Below, in pieces: positions 44,042-54,231 of a stretch of DNA of 64,000 bases (within the stretch, counting starts at the first letter, position 1; each line of letters starts with the position of its first letter). A program made the translations under genes and the position numbers. The notes beneath the pieces were generated by a model that was not told the DNA's origin, did no database searches, and saw only the letters and a list, made by a program, of their open reading frames with translations. Source of the stretch: a virus; the IMG/VR virus record IMGVR_UViG_3300009155_000038; one strand, written 5' to 3'.

Positions 44042-44983
44042 CTATGTTGTCGCAGCGCAGTTGGTTTGGGAGTTGGTCCGCTTTGTTATTTTTATCTGCC
44101 CGTCAGCCGTGCTAATGGTAACACCATTTCCGCCGACAAAATTAATGTTTGTTCCGGTTACGCCGTTAATTGTGGCAATCAACTCATCGCAGGCCGGACC
44201 GCCGCTAAAAAACTGACTGCCGCTCGGCAAAACCTCGTTAGGCGACAGCGGTATTTCGCTGCCGTTGGCGCACAGCTCGGCATCAACCGGTGTACCGCCG
44301 CCAACGACAGCTGAAATAGCGATCTGATTGTCCCGGTCTGTTTGAGTAATTTCGCAATTATAGCCAGCTTTAAATCGGATGTCGCCGGCCATGCACGCTG
44401 CAGTTTTAATGACGTTACGGACAGGCATATCGGGTGCTGTACTGTCGCAAGCCGGTATGCGCGTACGGTCATAGTTGCCCAAAGTAATAGAGCGCAAATA
44501 CGACTTTTGCAGATCTTGAATCCGCGTCGGTTCTAACTGATACGCGTTGCGCTCAAACGTGAGCGTGCCGCCTACATCGACTGCAGCGCGCAAATCTGTT
44601 AACGGTCCGGTAACAATAAAACCGGACCACGTGGGCAACGTATTGCACATATTTACGCCAACATTGGTCGGGGAGGCTGAGTCGGCGTATTCGATTGCCC
44701 ACGCGTCATCTGTATCTCGCCTAAAAAAATTAAGCGCTTGGGCGGCCGGAGCGCTATCGTCATAGCCGTACTTGAATGTAAACGTAAACCCGGACGCGAC
44801 GCGCTGAACAGTAGCGAGCCACACCGAGTAGTTTACGTCGCGGCCGTCAAGCGCTGTTAGACCTAGCGTGATACCAGCGTCTACTATTGCGCTATTTGGC
44901 AGGATTGGATCGCGCTGCAGTTTCAAGTAAATAAACGGATACGCACGATATTCGTTGTCGTTATAAAATCCGGGCTCAGGCAT
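44042..44983 (-). CDS. Tail/baseplate-associated protein, R-x-YP paralog family
   Basis: FYNDNEYRAYPF; GDIRFKAGYN; TINGV. Confidence 0.75.
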   Translation of the reverse strand: MPEPGFYNDNEYRAYPFIYLKLQRDPILPNSAIVDAGITLGLTALDGRDVNYSVWLATVQRVASGFTFTFKYGYDDSAPAAQALNFFRRDTDDAWAIEYADSASPTNVGVNMCNTLPTWSGFIVTGPLTDLRAAVDVGGTLTFERNAYQLEPTRIQDLQKSYLRSITLGNYDRTRIPACDSTAPDMPVRNVIKTAACMAGDIRFKAGYNCEITQTDRDNQIAISAVVGGGTPVDAELCANGSEIPLSPNEVLPSGSQFFSGGPACDELIATINGVTGTNINFVGGNGVTISTADGQIKITKRTNSQTNCAATT

Positions 44984-45756
44984 TACTTGATACTCCTGCC
45001 AATTGTATCGACGACAATTGTCCCGTTCTGCGGGTAAACGCGCAACACCGCATTATCAACGTTTTGATCGGTCGCGGTAATTGTAAAATTGCCGTATTCG
45101 TCGGGGCCGCAGCCGTTGATTGTTTTCAAGAATTTTTTTGGCTTGAAACTGCCGAGCGGCTCGCACACAAACCGTTTAAATAGCGGTTCGCCAATAATAT
45201 CAATACGAATTACGCCGGGTTCACTATCCGGGCGCACGACAATGCCTTGGTCGCCGACAAGCCAGATGTCGCCGGTAAGCAGCTCGCCTGTGTCGGCTGT
45301 CAAACCACGCACACCCGGTTCATTAGCCGGCAGCACAACGCTGGCGACGAACTCGGTGGCGGTAGAACTGAACACGTACGTGCCTATAGGCAGCGCAGAA
45401 AACGTGGCCAGCTTAAGTGGCGTTGATAACAGCGATCCGGCTGGTCGCCCATAACTATCAAAAAAAGACACAAGTCCGTTGACTGGTGGGCTGAGTAGGT
45501 CAAAGCTGCCTGTTAGCAAAATCAACGTATTTTGATCGCCCACCTTGAACGTTACAGTCCACGCTGTAATTTCAATAGCCGATATATACACGCAACCAAC
45601 AGCGCCGATCGGATAAAACACGGCGTCAATAAAAGTATCATTACCAATATTGAATGAACCACCGGCGGTACTTAAAGACGCGCTGTCAGAAAACGGATAT
45701 CTAGAGTTCGATTGTTCGTCGCGGAACTGCGGATAAAGAATGCGCGCGTCAGTCAT
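44983..45756 (-). CDS. Tail/baseplate-associated protein, R-x-YP paralog family
   Basis: FRDEQSNSRYPF; GDIWLVGDQG; TINGCGPDEYGNF. Confidence 0.75.
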   Translation of the reverse strand: MTDARILYPQFRDEQSNSRYPFSDSASLSTAGGSFNIGNDTFIDAVFYPIGAVGCVYISAIEITAWTVTFKVGDQNTLILLTGSFDLLSPPVNGLVSFFDSYGRPAGSLLSTPLKLATFSALPIGTYVFSSTATEFVASVVLPANEPGVRGLTADTGELLTGDIWLVGDQGIVVRPDSEPGVIRIDIIGEPLFKRFVCEPLGSFKPKKFLKTINGCGPDEYGNFTITATDQNVDNAVLRVYPQNGTIVVDTIGRSIK

Positions 45757-45757
45757 G

Positions 45758-47464
45758 TTATGTCACAGTAAATTTGTTGAAGTAAGTGTAAGATCGCTGC
45801 GCAAACAAACCAGCGAAACCGACGGGATCGCCATAGTTGGCGATCTCTGCCGTTCCCGTTACGGCGTGCGTGCCAGACAGTTCAGCCACGGCAAAACTTA
45901 GGCTTACGCCAACAGTATTCAATGCCGGCGAGACACTCACGCGATACCACTTATCAAGCGCGGCCGCGTAGGCTACAGATGCTTCTTCTACAAATTGACT
46001 GCCGTTGTATCGCAATACACGGACACGGGCGCGAGTGACGTCTAGCATCACGGCAACGTATGTTGTAATGATGCGCCCGTTTATTTTTTCTTGGCGGTAA
46101 TTCAAAACAATGCCGCCGTTTCGTTCAATACCCTCCACGCCGATTTTAAATTCGACAGTCATTGTCCGCCCGGTGGCCCAGTCTGTAGCGCAGTTTTTTA
46201 ATGTGCAGATATTTGTACCGCCAATACCGGCAGACGCATACACATTGTGCTGCGTCAGCGCTGTTAATGTGCTGACGCAGCAGCCTACGGGGGCGGACGT
46301 AGCAGTCACAATAAACCGACCTAGCCGTGTTTCAAATAACGGCGATGCGTCGCAGTGCGTGAAATCATGACATAGCGGCAACGTGAGGCAGGCATAGTTT
46401 TGCGCGTTAAGTGTCTCGTCGACAATGATATCAATTTGTGTCGTTGGGTCTGACAAGCAATACGCGTCAATCACGTTTCCCGTCGTGACATAAGTTGTCC
46501 CGACCCAGTTATATGTCTGATTTGTGTCTAGCGCGCCGTAAATTTTTGTGCTGTCTCCCGGCGACGGAAACGCGCCAAGACTGCTAAAAATTAAAAGCTC
46601 GCCGCCGGTGCCGCAGCATTCGTCTTTGAACTCTTGCGGTTTCTTTTGTTTATTGCTTGCGCACACAGCGGGAAGGCCGACGTCTGTAAGAACGTCCATG
46701 CCGCCGCATTCGGCAAAATTACGTGCGTCAAAACCGTCGAACACAATGTTGATGTTCCCGTCGCAGTCGGGTTCAATCCCGTTGATCGATTCAATAGGTT
46801 GTTTGGGACATGTGCCGCTTTCTGGTCGTTGCCCGCATGGACCGAGAAACTCCGATAGCGGATTTATTGTGTTCGTAATTTGTTTTGTGTCTAGCCGGAA
46901 GACTATCGCAGGAAAATCAGTATCGGCGTAACTAATATTTTCGTGCGTTGCCGTCACAGGTGTTGAACCAATAATCGACACGACGCCTTGTAGCGATGTT
47001 GCCAGATTTAATTTGCCAATTGTCGGAATAGGCAGCGGTCTATACGGTTTCGCGTTTCTAGGTTGTACGAGTGTCTGCGCCGGATACGTGTACCGCCCGC
47101 TGAACTCAGTTTCAATTCCGGGTCCAAATACCACCCAGCCCGAAACACCCGGCACAAGTCCTGTCACGCTGTAATTGAGATACGGCGTGACAGGTTTTGG
47201 CAGTGAGATCGCCGCTATTGTTGGCCCTGACGGCGCGTTTCTGTCATTTACTGCGCCGAATACGACAGTGACGATACCCGCCGAAACGCTTAGACCCTGT
47301 ACGTATAAATACTGCCCGGCTGTTTTCGGAAATTGAATGTTGCAGTCAACGATAATGTCGTCGCGAATAAAGTTACCAGCATCGTCTATACCGGTACACG
47401 ACTCGTCGAGCGGGTATCGACGCGTTGACTGGAGGTTGTACCAATTTTTATTGCGTATAGACAT
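45758..47464 (-). CDS. Tail-associated protein, R-x-YP paralog with C-terminal beta-sandwich (lectin-like) domain
   Basis: WYNLQSTRRYPL; SINGIEPDCDGNI; beta-rich C-terminus (NGGIVLNY...KWYRVSV...GFAGLFA...FNKFTV); start re-called at 47464. Confidence 0.72.
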   Translation of the reverse strand: MSIRNKNWYNLQSTRRYPLDESCTGIDDAGNFIRDDIIVDCNIQFPKTAGQYLYVQGLSVSAGIVTVVFGAVNDRNAPSGPTIAAISLPKPVTPYLNYSVTGLVPGVSGWVVFGPGIETEFSGRYTYPAQTLVQPRNAKPYRPLPIPTIGKLNLATSLQGVVSIIGSTPVTATHENISYADTDFPAIVFRLDTKQITNTINPLSEFLGPCGQRPESGTCPKQPIESINGIEPDCDGNINIVFDGFDARNFAECGGMDVLTDVGLPAVCASNKQKKPQEFKDECCGTGGELLIFSSLGAFPSPGDSTKIYGALDTNQTYNWVGTTYVTTGNVIDAYCLSDPTTQIDIIVDETLNAQNYACLTLPLCHDFTHCDASPLFETRLGRFIVTATSAPVGCCVSTLTALTQHNVYASAGIGGTNICTLKNCATDWATGRTMTVEFKIGVEGIERNGGIVLNYRQEKINGRIITTYVAVMLDVTRARVRVLRYNGSQFVEEASVAYAAALDKWYRVSVSPALNTVGVSLSFAVAELSGTHAVTGTAEIANYGDPVGFAGLFAQRSYTYFNKFTVT

Positions 47465-47468
47465 GTTA

Positions 47469-48995
47469 TTAGCACGGTAGTTCAGTGTAACCAGTAGCGC
47501 TACAGTAAAGCGCTTGTGTTGTTTCAGCCGTGACCGGTACACCGTCTACAGGATCGGCGCAATTATTCAATAGCGGCCCACCTGTGTCGAGCATGACGCC
47601 TGTTAACGCGCCAGAGATAGCATACGGTCCAAATGGTTTATGCTTGATATGCGTAATCGGATCTGTTTCTGTAAATTTCAACCGAAACTTGATATACGCA
47701 GACTCGCCCGGCGGTAACTGCGGAAAAAACGCGGAATACGTGAGTCCGTCTGCGCTCGCGGTAACGCTTGTAGCTTTGCCGCTAATATTCGGCGCAAACA
47801 TAGCAGTGTACCCACACTCCAACGACGGCGTTATAGTTGGCGCGGCGGTAATGGCGACTTGCAATTTACTCGCGCCAAGGCACGTGCTGCACGAATTACA
47901 TACCATCATTACAACGTCCATATACGGGCAGCGCTGCGGCACAAGAATTAAACGCAGCGGTCTTTGCACGCTGCACGCCCGTTGGTCGTTCCAGCGTAAA
48001 ATGTTGCTCTCAAATTGATTCCGTACGTTCTCAGCACGTACGCCAATTAGCTTGTACTGGTCTACGGTTTCGTTTAGATATTTTGCTGTGTCAACATAGT
48101 CGCCGCAGCTGCAACACGGCGCGCAGTCTGCGCCAAATTTTAATTGCCCCGGCGGCGACACAATGCTTGTACCAGTATGCGTTGTTGGTCGTCGAGCCCA
48201 GATACAGTCTGCTGCGGACAATAAAAAGTCGCCGTTAACACCAGCAGTACCGTTGATACGTGTAATAGGTTTTGTTGCTTCAGTATCCAGACAATCAATG
48301 TACTTGCCCAGTCCTGAACCGGCCTCAGCATTGATAACCACATCTGTGGCCGCTCTAAACGTTTGATTCGTTTGCGCTGTAGCCGTAATCTCGGTGTTGT
48401 AACCGTTGTGCAGCTTAATTTGCCCGCTGTATGGCCCTGAAACAATATTGTTATTTTTGACGCGTAGCGATAACAGCCGTTTCGGCATTTTGTACACTGC
48501 GCGCTCGTCAAGCACCGCATTCACCGGCGTTAAATAGCGCGGGTAGTTTCTGCGCGCCAAATTGTCTGGCGCCCACGTGCTGTAAACAACAAGCCGACAA
48601 ATGCTGCTCGTTTTTTTCCACGTGTAAATTTTGTAGTCGCGGCTCCAGTCGGCAACCGCAAACGTGACGTCACCGCTAAACGTACTAAATACAACTTTGT
48701 TTGCCGAGTCGACTACAGTTATATCGGCGCCGTGCACGAGCGCCGGAAACCCGGTTGGCGGTGAGTTTTCGATGCAGCCAACGCCTGCTAAGTAAGTGAT
48801 GCGGAGCGGATGCCGCATGGCAGGCTGAGCATGCGTGTAATCACCCGGATCGTCATACGCCAAGTAGAAGTCTGCGATGAGGCTATCAATATCATCAGAC
48901 GGCGCGACAAGCGGGTAATCTAAACCGCTCTGCGGCTGAATGACGCCGATGCCGGCGCGGCCGTGCTGAGATGTGACAAAATCGGGGCAGGCCAT
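47469..48995 (-). CDS. Tail-associated protein, R-x-YP paralog family
   Basis: QSGLDYPL; GQIKLHNGYN; RINGTAGVNGDF; PCCSC followed by a coiled coil. Confidence 0.75.
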   Translation of the reverse strand: MACPDFVTSQHGRAGIGVIQPQSGLDYPLVAPSDDIDSLIADFYLAYDDPGDYTHAQPAMRHPLRITYLAGVGCIENSPPTGFPALVHGADITVVDSANKVVFSTFSGDVTFAVADWSRDYKIYTWKKTSSICRLVVYSTWAPDNLARRNYPRYLTPVNAVLDERAVYKMPKRLLSLRVKNNNIVSGPYSGQIKLHNGYNTEITATAQTNQTFRAATDVVINAEAGSGLGKYIDCLDTEATKPITRINGTAGVNGDFLLSAADCIWARRPTTHTGTSIVSPPGQLKFGADCAPCCSCGDYVDTAKYLNETVDQYKLIGVRAENVRNQFESNILRWNDQRACSVQRPLRLILVPQRCPYMDVVMMVCNSCSTCLGASKLQVAITAAPTITPSLECGYTAMFAPNISGKATSVTASADGLTYSAFFPQLPPGESAYIKFRLKFTETDPITHIKHKPFGPYAISGALTGVMLDTGGPLLNNCADPVDGVPVTAETTQALYCSATGYTELPC

Positions 48996-48998
48996 ATG

Positions 48999-49943
48999 TC
49001 ACCCCGTCGCGCAGCCGGAATCACCCAACTGGCTTCCAAGCACGACAAGATTCATTTGCGTCACTTCAGACCCGAGTCGCGTTACAAAGTTTTGCAGCGT
49101 GGCTACACCAGTACCAAAACTATTGATTTGTTGCGTAATAGCGTCCAACTCTGTGCAGCCGCAGCACGGTGACGCACACGTGTCGGCGAACGACAGACCA
49201 CCCAGAATCGGCGCAATCTCAACGCACGCGTCCTGCGCGAATGTGAAATTACCATCTGGGCTGCAGACGCCGTTGATGCAACGAATGCACTCTGCTGTGT
49301 CGGGAATGTTACAAGCGCAATCTTGATTTAGCCCCGTACCAGCAATAGCATCGAGAGTAATTTCTGTTTCGCCTGACGGGAGCGAAGCAACATTGATACG
49401 CATGTTTGTCCCGGCAACTAACACTACGTCGCCGTAAATTGGCGTACTAGTTTCGTTATTATTAACCACTACTAGCCGAGAGACGGCGCGAATCATTGGC
49501 CTGATAGCGTCTGACTCTAAGTTACCGCCGGCTATGTCAAACGTGTACTGCCCGGGCGGCAGGGTGTCGACCTCAGAAACGTCGCCTAAAACGATACGGC
49601 CGACGATATCGTCAAATGAGCCGATGCCGCCAAGTGCGTACGACTGGTTTTGTGTGTAGCTCCCGCGTGAAATATTGGCGGTTGCGACTTCAACTGATTG
49701 ATCGTCGGCCTGATAGCTAACTGTAATATTGAAACCAGCCGGCGACAGAAGTACGCCGCTGATAAAAAAATTATTGGGCGTGAACGCCAGCCCAGAATGA
49801 ATTGGCAGGTAAAGCCCAACGATGAAGCTATCCGGCAGTCTGATCGTGCCTGTGATATCAGTTTTTGTGGCGCTCTCTGTCAGCGGGTATGACCGCTGAG
49901 AATTGTGGTTAAGCCACTGTAGATTCCAGTTTCCGATTGGCAT
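48999..49943 (-). CDS. Tail-associated protein, R-x-YP paralog family
   Basis: WLNHNSQRSYPL; GDVVLVAGTN; CINGVCSPDGNF; PCCGC followed by a coiled coil. Confidence 0.75.
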   Translation of the reverse strand: MPIGNWNLQWLNHNSQRSYPLTESATKTDITGTIRLPDSFIVGLYLPIHSGLAFTPNNFFISGVLLSPAGFNITVSYQADDQSVEVATANISRGSYTQNQSYALGGIGSFDDIVGRIVLGDVSEVDTLPPGQYTFDIAGGNLESDAIRPMIRAVSRLVVVNNNETSTPIYGDVVLVAGTNMRINVASLPSGETEITLDAIAGTGLNQDCACNIPDTAECIRCINGVCSPDGNFTFAQDACVEIAPILGGLSFADTCASPCCGCTELDAITQQINSFGTGVATLQNFVTRLGSEVTQMNLVVLGSQLGDSGCATG

Positions 49944-49961
49944 AACAATTCACGCGACAAG

Positions 49962-51836
49962 TTATGTGGCACTGTAAACAATTCCGCTAATTCTTAACAC
50001 GCCGACTTCGGCGTATACGTCGGCTGTGTTTTCTGCGCGGCCAAGCGTTACGAGCACAGTATCGCCAGCTTCGATTTGGAATTCAGCGCTGTCTACTTGC
50101 GCAACCGTGTCAAGTCGCAACGCCAAGGCGGAATTAAAACTAAGCGATGTGTCAGTAGTCGGCAGCGGCGAACCGCCCGCGGCGGGCTTTGGCAGCCGGC
50201 GATAGCTCATGTATAGCGCAGGCAGAGTCGCCGCCTGTGTCGGTGTGCCGCCGCGGCCGAAGAAACGCACACGAATTTTCATCCGCAGATTATCGCCAAG
50301 ATTGCTGTCGGCAACGTTGAGCCGCACGCGCAGCAACGAACCCTGCCCAGCTGGGAAACCAAGATACGGAATGTCCATATACAGACGCTCGACCGTGTCG
50401 CTCAGCCGAATGATTTGCGGCGCTACTTCTCGTTCAACCAGCGCGTCTGTGTAGTCGATTTTCAATATGCCTTGTTGCAGCGGCACTACCGCCGTCGTGG
50501 GCATGTTTAGGTCTTCAAGCTCCGCTACGGTCAGATTGCGCTTTACACCGCGCGTGCCAGTAATGCTGATCTGGCCGGATGTTGTAAACGCGCCCTCGGT
50601 TACCCAGCCAGCTTTAAGCTTTTTACCCGCAACAATTTCTTTGATTGCTTCGCCGCCGATGGCTTCTTCGGCAACACGTTGCAGATTCAAATTAAGCGCT
50701 AAGTCACCCGTAGATCCCGGCTGATCATTGCAATTCAAGATGGTGATTGGGCTATCGGGGCCGGGCACAAGGCTGGTTACGGCGTTACGATCATTGCCCA
50801 GCAGCATACGCAAGAACACCACCGAGATGCGCATGCGCTCATCGAGCGGGCAGGCAGTAGGGTCAAACGGTGTAACAGGCGCGCTAGGATTGATATTTTC
50901 CGGCCACGGTGTTTCACCTAAGCAACTGGACATCCACCAAATACCGTTGGTGTCACAAATCACAAGACCTGTCGGGCCGAGCGGCACTTCACCAGCGCCG
51001 TGTTGGTACTCAGCCCTATCCCATAGCACGGCAACGGACTGGATTGGCAACGGCGGCCACACGTTGGCAAGCGCCTGATGCTTTTTGATGTTGTATCCAA
51101 ATGCTGCGCCGGCAGGAGCTTTGCCGTTAAAAATAGCGTTACTTGCGGGCAACCAGCCGGGCAGGTTTGGATTTTCGGATACGATTTGTGCGTGCGTTTT
51201 ACCAAAACGCTGCGTTGTCGATAAGCCAGCGCCAGCCGGGCGTGCTACAAGTTCAAATCGGTAATGTGTGTGCTCAGCAATAAAATCTCGCGGTGTCGGC
51301 ATCACAATGACACGCGGGACGTCAGAGCAGTTGTCTTTTGGGCCCTGAACGTAGCACACGCCTACGCTAACGCCGGGGCGCTGTTTGACGAGTTTACCGG
51401 GCTCCACACCAGACAGGTAATACCGGCCGGGCGAGATGGGCGCGACAATAGCGTTAGTCAGTTCTGGGATGCTGACGATGCCGCGCAGCACAATGTCGCC
51501 GAGCGTCTCAGACTTTTTATGCAGGCAGATGCCAACGCAGTCTGATGACGGCTGTACAACGAGCGCCTGCGTTGTCTGATCGACCGCAACAGCCGCCAGC
51601 GCGGATTCGTACCGGTGTGTTGTGTAATTCCAAAAAACGGGCTGCCCGGGTAGTACGGACGGTGCAATTGTGGCGTCGGAATCGAACAGTGCCTGCCCGA
51701 CAGCGGCGGCGTCCAGACGATCCTTCAAATAGTCGGTACGCGCGGCCAGCGTTTGATCTGGGCGGTTAACAACCCCTGCCTGCACAGGCTCGCCGGGGTT
51801 GACGTACTTTATGTTATTAAGCCAGTTCCCGGACAT
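49962..51836 (-). CDS. Tail fibre/baseplate attachment protein (putative)
   Basis: N-terminal VNPGEPVQAGVVNRPDQTLAARTDYLKDRL resembles fibre-proximal domains. Confidence 0.65.
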   Translation of the reverse strand: MSGNWLNNIKYVNPGEPVQAGVVNRPDQTLAARTDYLKDRLDAAAVGQALFDSDATIAPSVLPGQPVFWNYTTHRYESALAAVAVDQTTQALVVQPSSDCVGICLHKKSETLGDIVLRGIVSIPELTNAIVAPISPGRYYLSGVEPGKLVKQRPGVSVGVCYVQGPKDNCSDVPRVIVMPTPRDFIAEHTHYRFELVARPAGAGLSTTQRFGKTHAQIVSENPNLPGWLPASNAIFNGKAPAGAAFGYNIKKHQALANVWPPLPIQSVAVLWDRAEYQHGAGEVPLGPTGLVICDTNGIWWMSSCLGETPWPENINPSAPVTPFDPTACPLDERMRISVVFLRMLLGNDRNAVTSLVPGPDSPITILNCNDQPGSTGDLALNLNLQRVAEEAIGGEAIKEIVAGKKLKAGWVTEGAFTTSGQISITGTRGVKRNLTVAELEDLNMPTTAVVPLQQGILKIDYTDALVEREVAPQIIRLSDTVERLYMDIPYLGFPAGQGSLLRVRLNVADSNLGDNLRMKIRVRFFGRGGTPTQAATLPALYMSYRRLPKPAAGGSPLPTTDTSLSFNSALALRLDTVAQVDSAEFQIEAGDTVLVTLGRAENTADVYAEVGVLRISGIVYSAT

Positions 51837-51860
51837 CCTTGTCCTCCGGCGATTAGATGA

Positions 51861-52487
51861 CTACTCGAATGCGATATCCCAAGTGATACCGATCTGAGAC
51901 GACGCTTCTTTGGTAACTTGGTTTTCTGCCGAGAACGTAGTCCGCGCAAACACAACATCTTTGGAGCGGTCGCTAAACACAGGCGCGGCGACGAGAGCGG
52001 CTGAAAACACTTTGCTGTTGTTCAAATAACTAAACGGCTGCCCGTTGACGCCGACCGTGCCGGACGTTTGAACAAAAAACGTAAGCTGATTTCCTTGCTG
52101 GTTCACGGGCAGGTTTGCTTCATAGCCCGGCGAAACACTCAACGCTGGCTCAATACTCAGCGGGATGCGTAAAAAGTCGCTGCCGCTGGTGTGGCTTAGG
52201 CTGTGGTAGTAATTGATATCTGTATCGCGGCCGAAAGTGCCGGTAGAAATCGGTACGGCGGGATCTTCTTGGTTAGCGAACTCGATGTACATGGCCGAGA
52301 TGCTGTAATCTGGCCGATCCGCTTGCCGTTTGAAGCCGATTTGCTTGGCCGCGATATAACCCCACGAATACTGGATCTGGTTGTGTTGGTCGATAACCGG
52401 TGTGCGCAACCCGGTTTTTTCGTCTACGCGCCACACCGTAACGTGCCCGCGAACACCAAAAACGGGGTTAATTTTGTCGACAGCCAT
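51861..52487 (-). CDS. Tail collar/baseplate-type structural protein (putative)
   Basis: RGHVTVW...NQI...; C-terminal FARTTF....K.....ITWDIAF pattern of myovirus baseplate-fibre connectors. Confidence 0.6.
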   Translation of the reverse strand: MAVDKINPVFGVRGHVTVWRVDEKTGLRTPVIDQHNQIQYSWGYIAAKQIGFKRQADRPDYSISAMYIEFANQEDPAVPISTGTFGRDTDINYYHSLSHTSGSDFLRIPLSIEPALSVSPGYEANLPVNQQGNQLTFFVQTSGTVGVNGQPFSYLNNSKVFSAALVAAPVFSDRSKDVVFARTTFSAENQVTKEASSQIGITWDIAFE

Positions 52488-52496
52488 GGTTTTTCC

Positions 52497-54224
52497 TTAC
52501 TGGCACGTACCTGATACAAGTCTGGCAGTAGCGCCCATATCGTTTACAAACGATTCGGGCACTGTATCACTTTCTGGCTGCATGCCGGTAAATGTCGTTA
52601 TCGTCTCGGCAACGCGGTTCTCGGGATCTATCGTGTCAGTACCGGCCGACAGCTCAAATACGACGATCATTCCCGTCTGGGGCGGTAATAATCGACGCAG
52701 GTGTCTAACATTGTACAGTCCCAAGCTATTTTGCCCCAATGTCGAAACCAGAATTCTTACGACAAAAACGTTGTTACGTAAGACGTTCTCAACCAGAAAT
52801 TGCAGGGGATTAATAGTCCTAGGCAGGTTTTCCTCTGTTGGCTCGGCTGCGGGGTTGACGCGCTTATCAAGTAATTGAGCCAGTGTGCCGCGGCGGCGCT
52901 TGCCGACGCACGGCTGCGCTGCCGCCTGCGCTGCGGCGATTCCACGCATGTGAATTTCGTCAAAAAACCGCTCGGCATCGGCTGGGAAACCGCCCAGTTT
53001 AAAGCTTAGATATGTGTAGCCGCTGGGGTGGTCTGTTACTACCTTTAGCGGCACCTGTTTGTTTTCAAAAATTAGGTCGCCGTAAAAGCACGCCGACAAA
53101 TAGCCGTCGTCCAGCGCTAGCGCAGTTATGTCACGGCGGGCAGGCTGACACACATATGAATTCGGGTCAATCAGGATGACGTCGTCTGATTCTGTAACTA
53201 ACGGCTCAAACAGGTTATCGACAAGGATGTTATTTGGCGGTGGGCAGCACAATAAGCTGACGTCTTCCGCAAAACTAGTGGCGTAGGTGTTGCCTACGAA
53301 GAATTCTTTGATATCAATACCCCTGATCAACTGCGTGCCGGCTGAAATCACCTGTCCGACACGTACTACCGCTGTTGCGTTGTTGCTGAACCGATAAACA
53401 GTCTTATCGGTAATGACGAGTAAACCGTGCGAGTCGTAATCAACGACTTCGACTGTTTCTGACAGTTCTGTGCTTACGGGCACGCCACAAATAACGGCGA
53501 GCGCCAGATCTAGCGTGGCCGCCGTGGCACCACCCTCGACCAGACTAGTGATTACGGCGTTCGTCAGGTCTTTATAACCCTGACTCGTTCTGAGTTTAAT
53601 GCCGACAGCGTAAGCAAACTGATGGAACACAAAATCGTAGTCAAACTTGCCACAAAATCCCCACAGGGTAAGTTCTTCGTCGTGAACACTGCCAGACACC
53701 ACCGGCCGGCGTAAAAACGCGGGGTTGTCAAACGGGTTTGCTTTAAAAATAATCGACCCGCGTTGCTGGTCAATAACGAAATCAACGTCGCTGAGCAGGG
53801 CAGCTGTTGGAAACGTGATACGGTTAAAAAACTGGCCTACAGCGGCCAACTTTTCAGGTAAAGGAAACGAGAAAAATGACACGTTGGTTGGCGCAGTATC
53901 AAAAACGGGAGGGCCGTTAAATAATTGCGTGCCGTCATCAAACAACGTCGAGGTTGTCTGCACAGAATTCAAATCTGACCGTTTAATAACAACCGGCACA
54001 ATTGTTTCTTCGTGAAACAACGGTACGTCATAGCGACTCAGCGCCGCGACAACTTCAAGCAGATTTCTATAGGTCTGATTGATGGTGTGCGCCGTGCTAA
54101 TTACGTACGACTCAACCTGATCACGACCAGTGAATGTGCGCGCCCAGAAACTACCGAGCAGCCCCAGCAGCGTGCGGCTTTTGTCGAAGTCTGTGCCCGG
54201 ATAGCTAAAAGCTTGTTTTTGCAT
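52497..54224 (-). CDS. Baseplate wedge-type protein (putative)
   Basis: Position directly after the gpJ-like gene; LLGLLGSFW N-terminus; LRRLLPPQT near C-terminus. Confidence 0.6.
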   Translation of the reverse strand: MQKQAFSYPGTDFDKSRTLLGLLGSFWARTFTGRDQVESYVISTAHTINQTYRNLLEVVAALSRYDVPLFHEETIVPVVIKRSDLNSVQTTSTLFDDGTQLFNGPPVFDTAPTNVSFFSFPLPEKLAAVGQFFNRITFPTAALLSDVDFVIDQQRGSIIFKANPFDNPAFLRRPVVSGSVHDEELTLWGFCGKFDYDFVFHQFAYAVGIKLRTSQGYKDLTNAVITSLVEGGATAATLDLALAVICGVPVSTELSETVEVVDYDSHGLLVITDKTVYRFSNNATAVVRVGQVISAGTQLIRGIDIKEFFVGNTYATSFAEDVSLLCCPPPNNILVDNLFEPLVTESDDVILIDPNSYVCQPARRDITALALDDGYLSACFYGDLIFENKQVPLKVVTDHPSGYTYLSFKLGGFPADAERFFDEIHMRGIAAAQAAAQPCVGKRRRGTLAQLLDKRVNPAAEPTEENLPRTINPLQFLVENVLRNNVFVVRILVSTLGQNSLGLYNVRHLRRLLPPQTGMIVVFELSAGTDTIDPENRVAETITTFTGMQPESDTVPESFVNDMGATARLVSGTCQ

Positions 54225-54231
54225 AAGTCAC

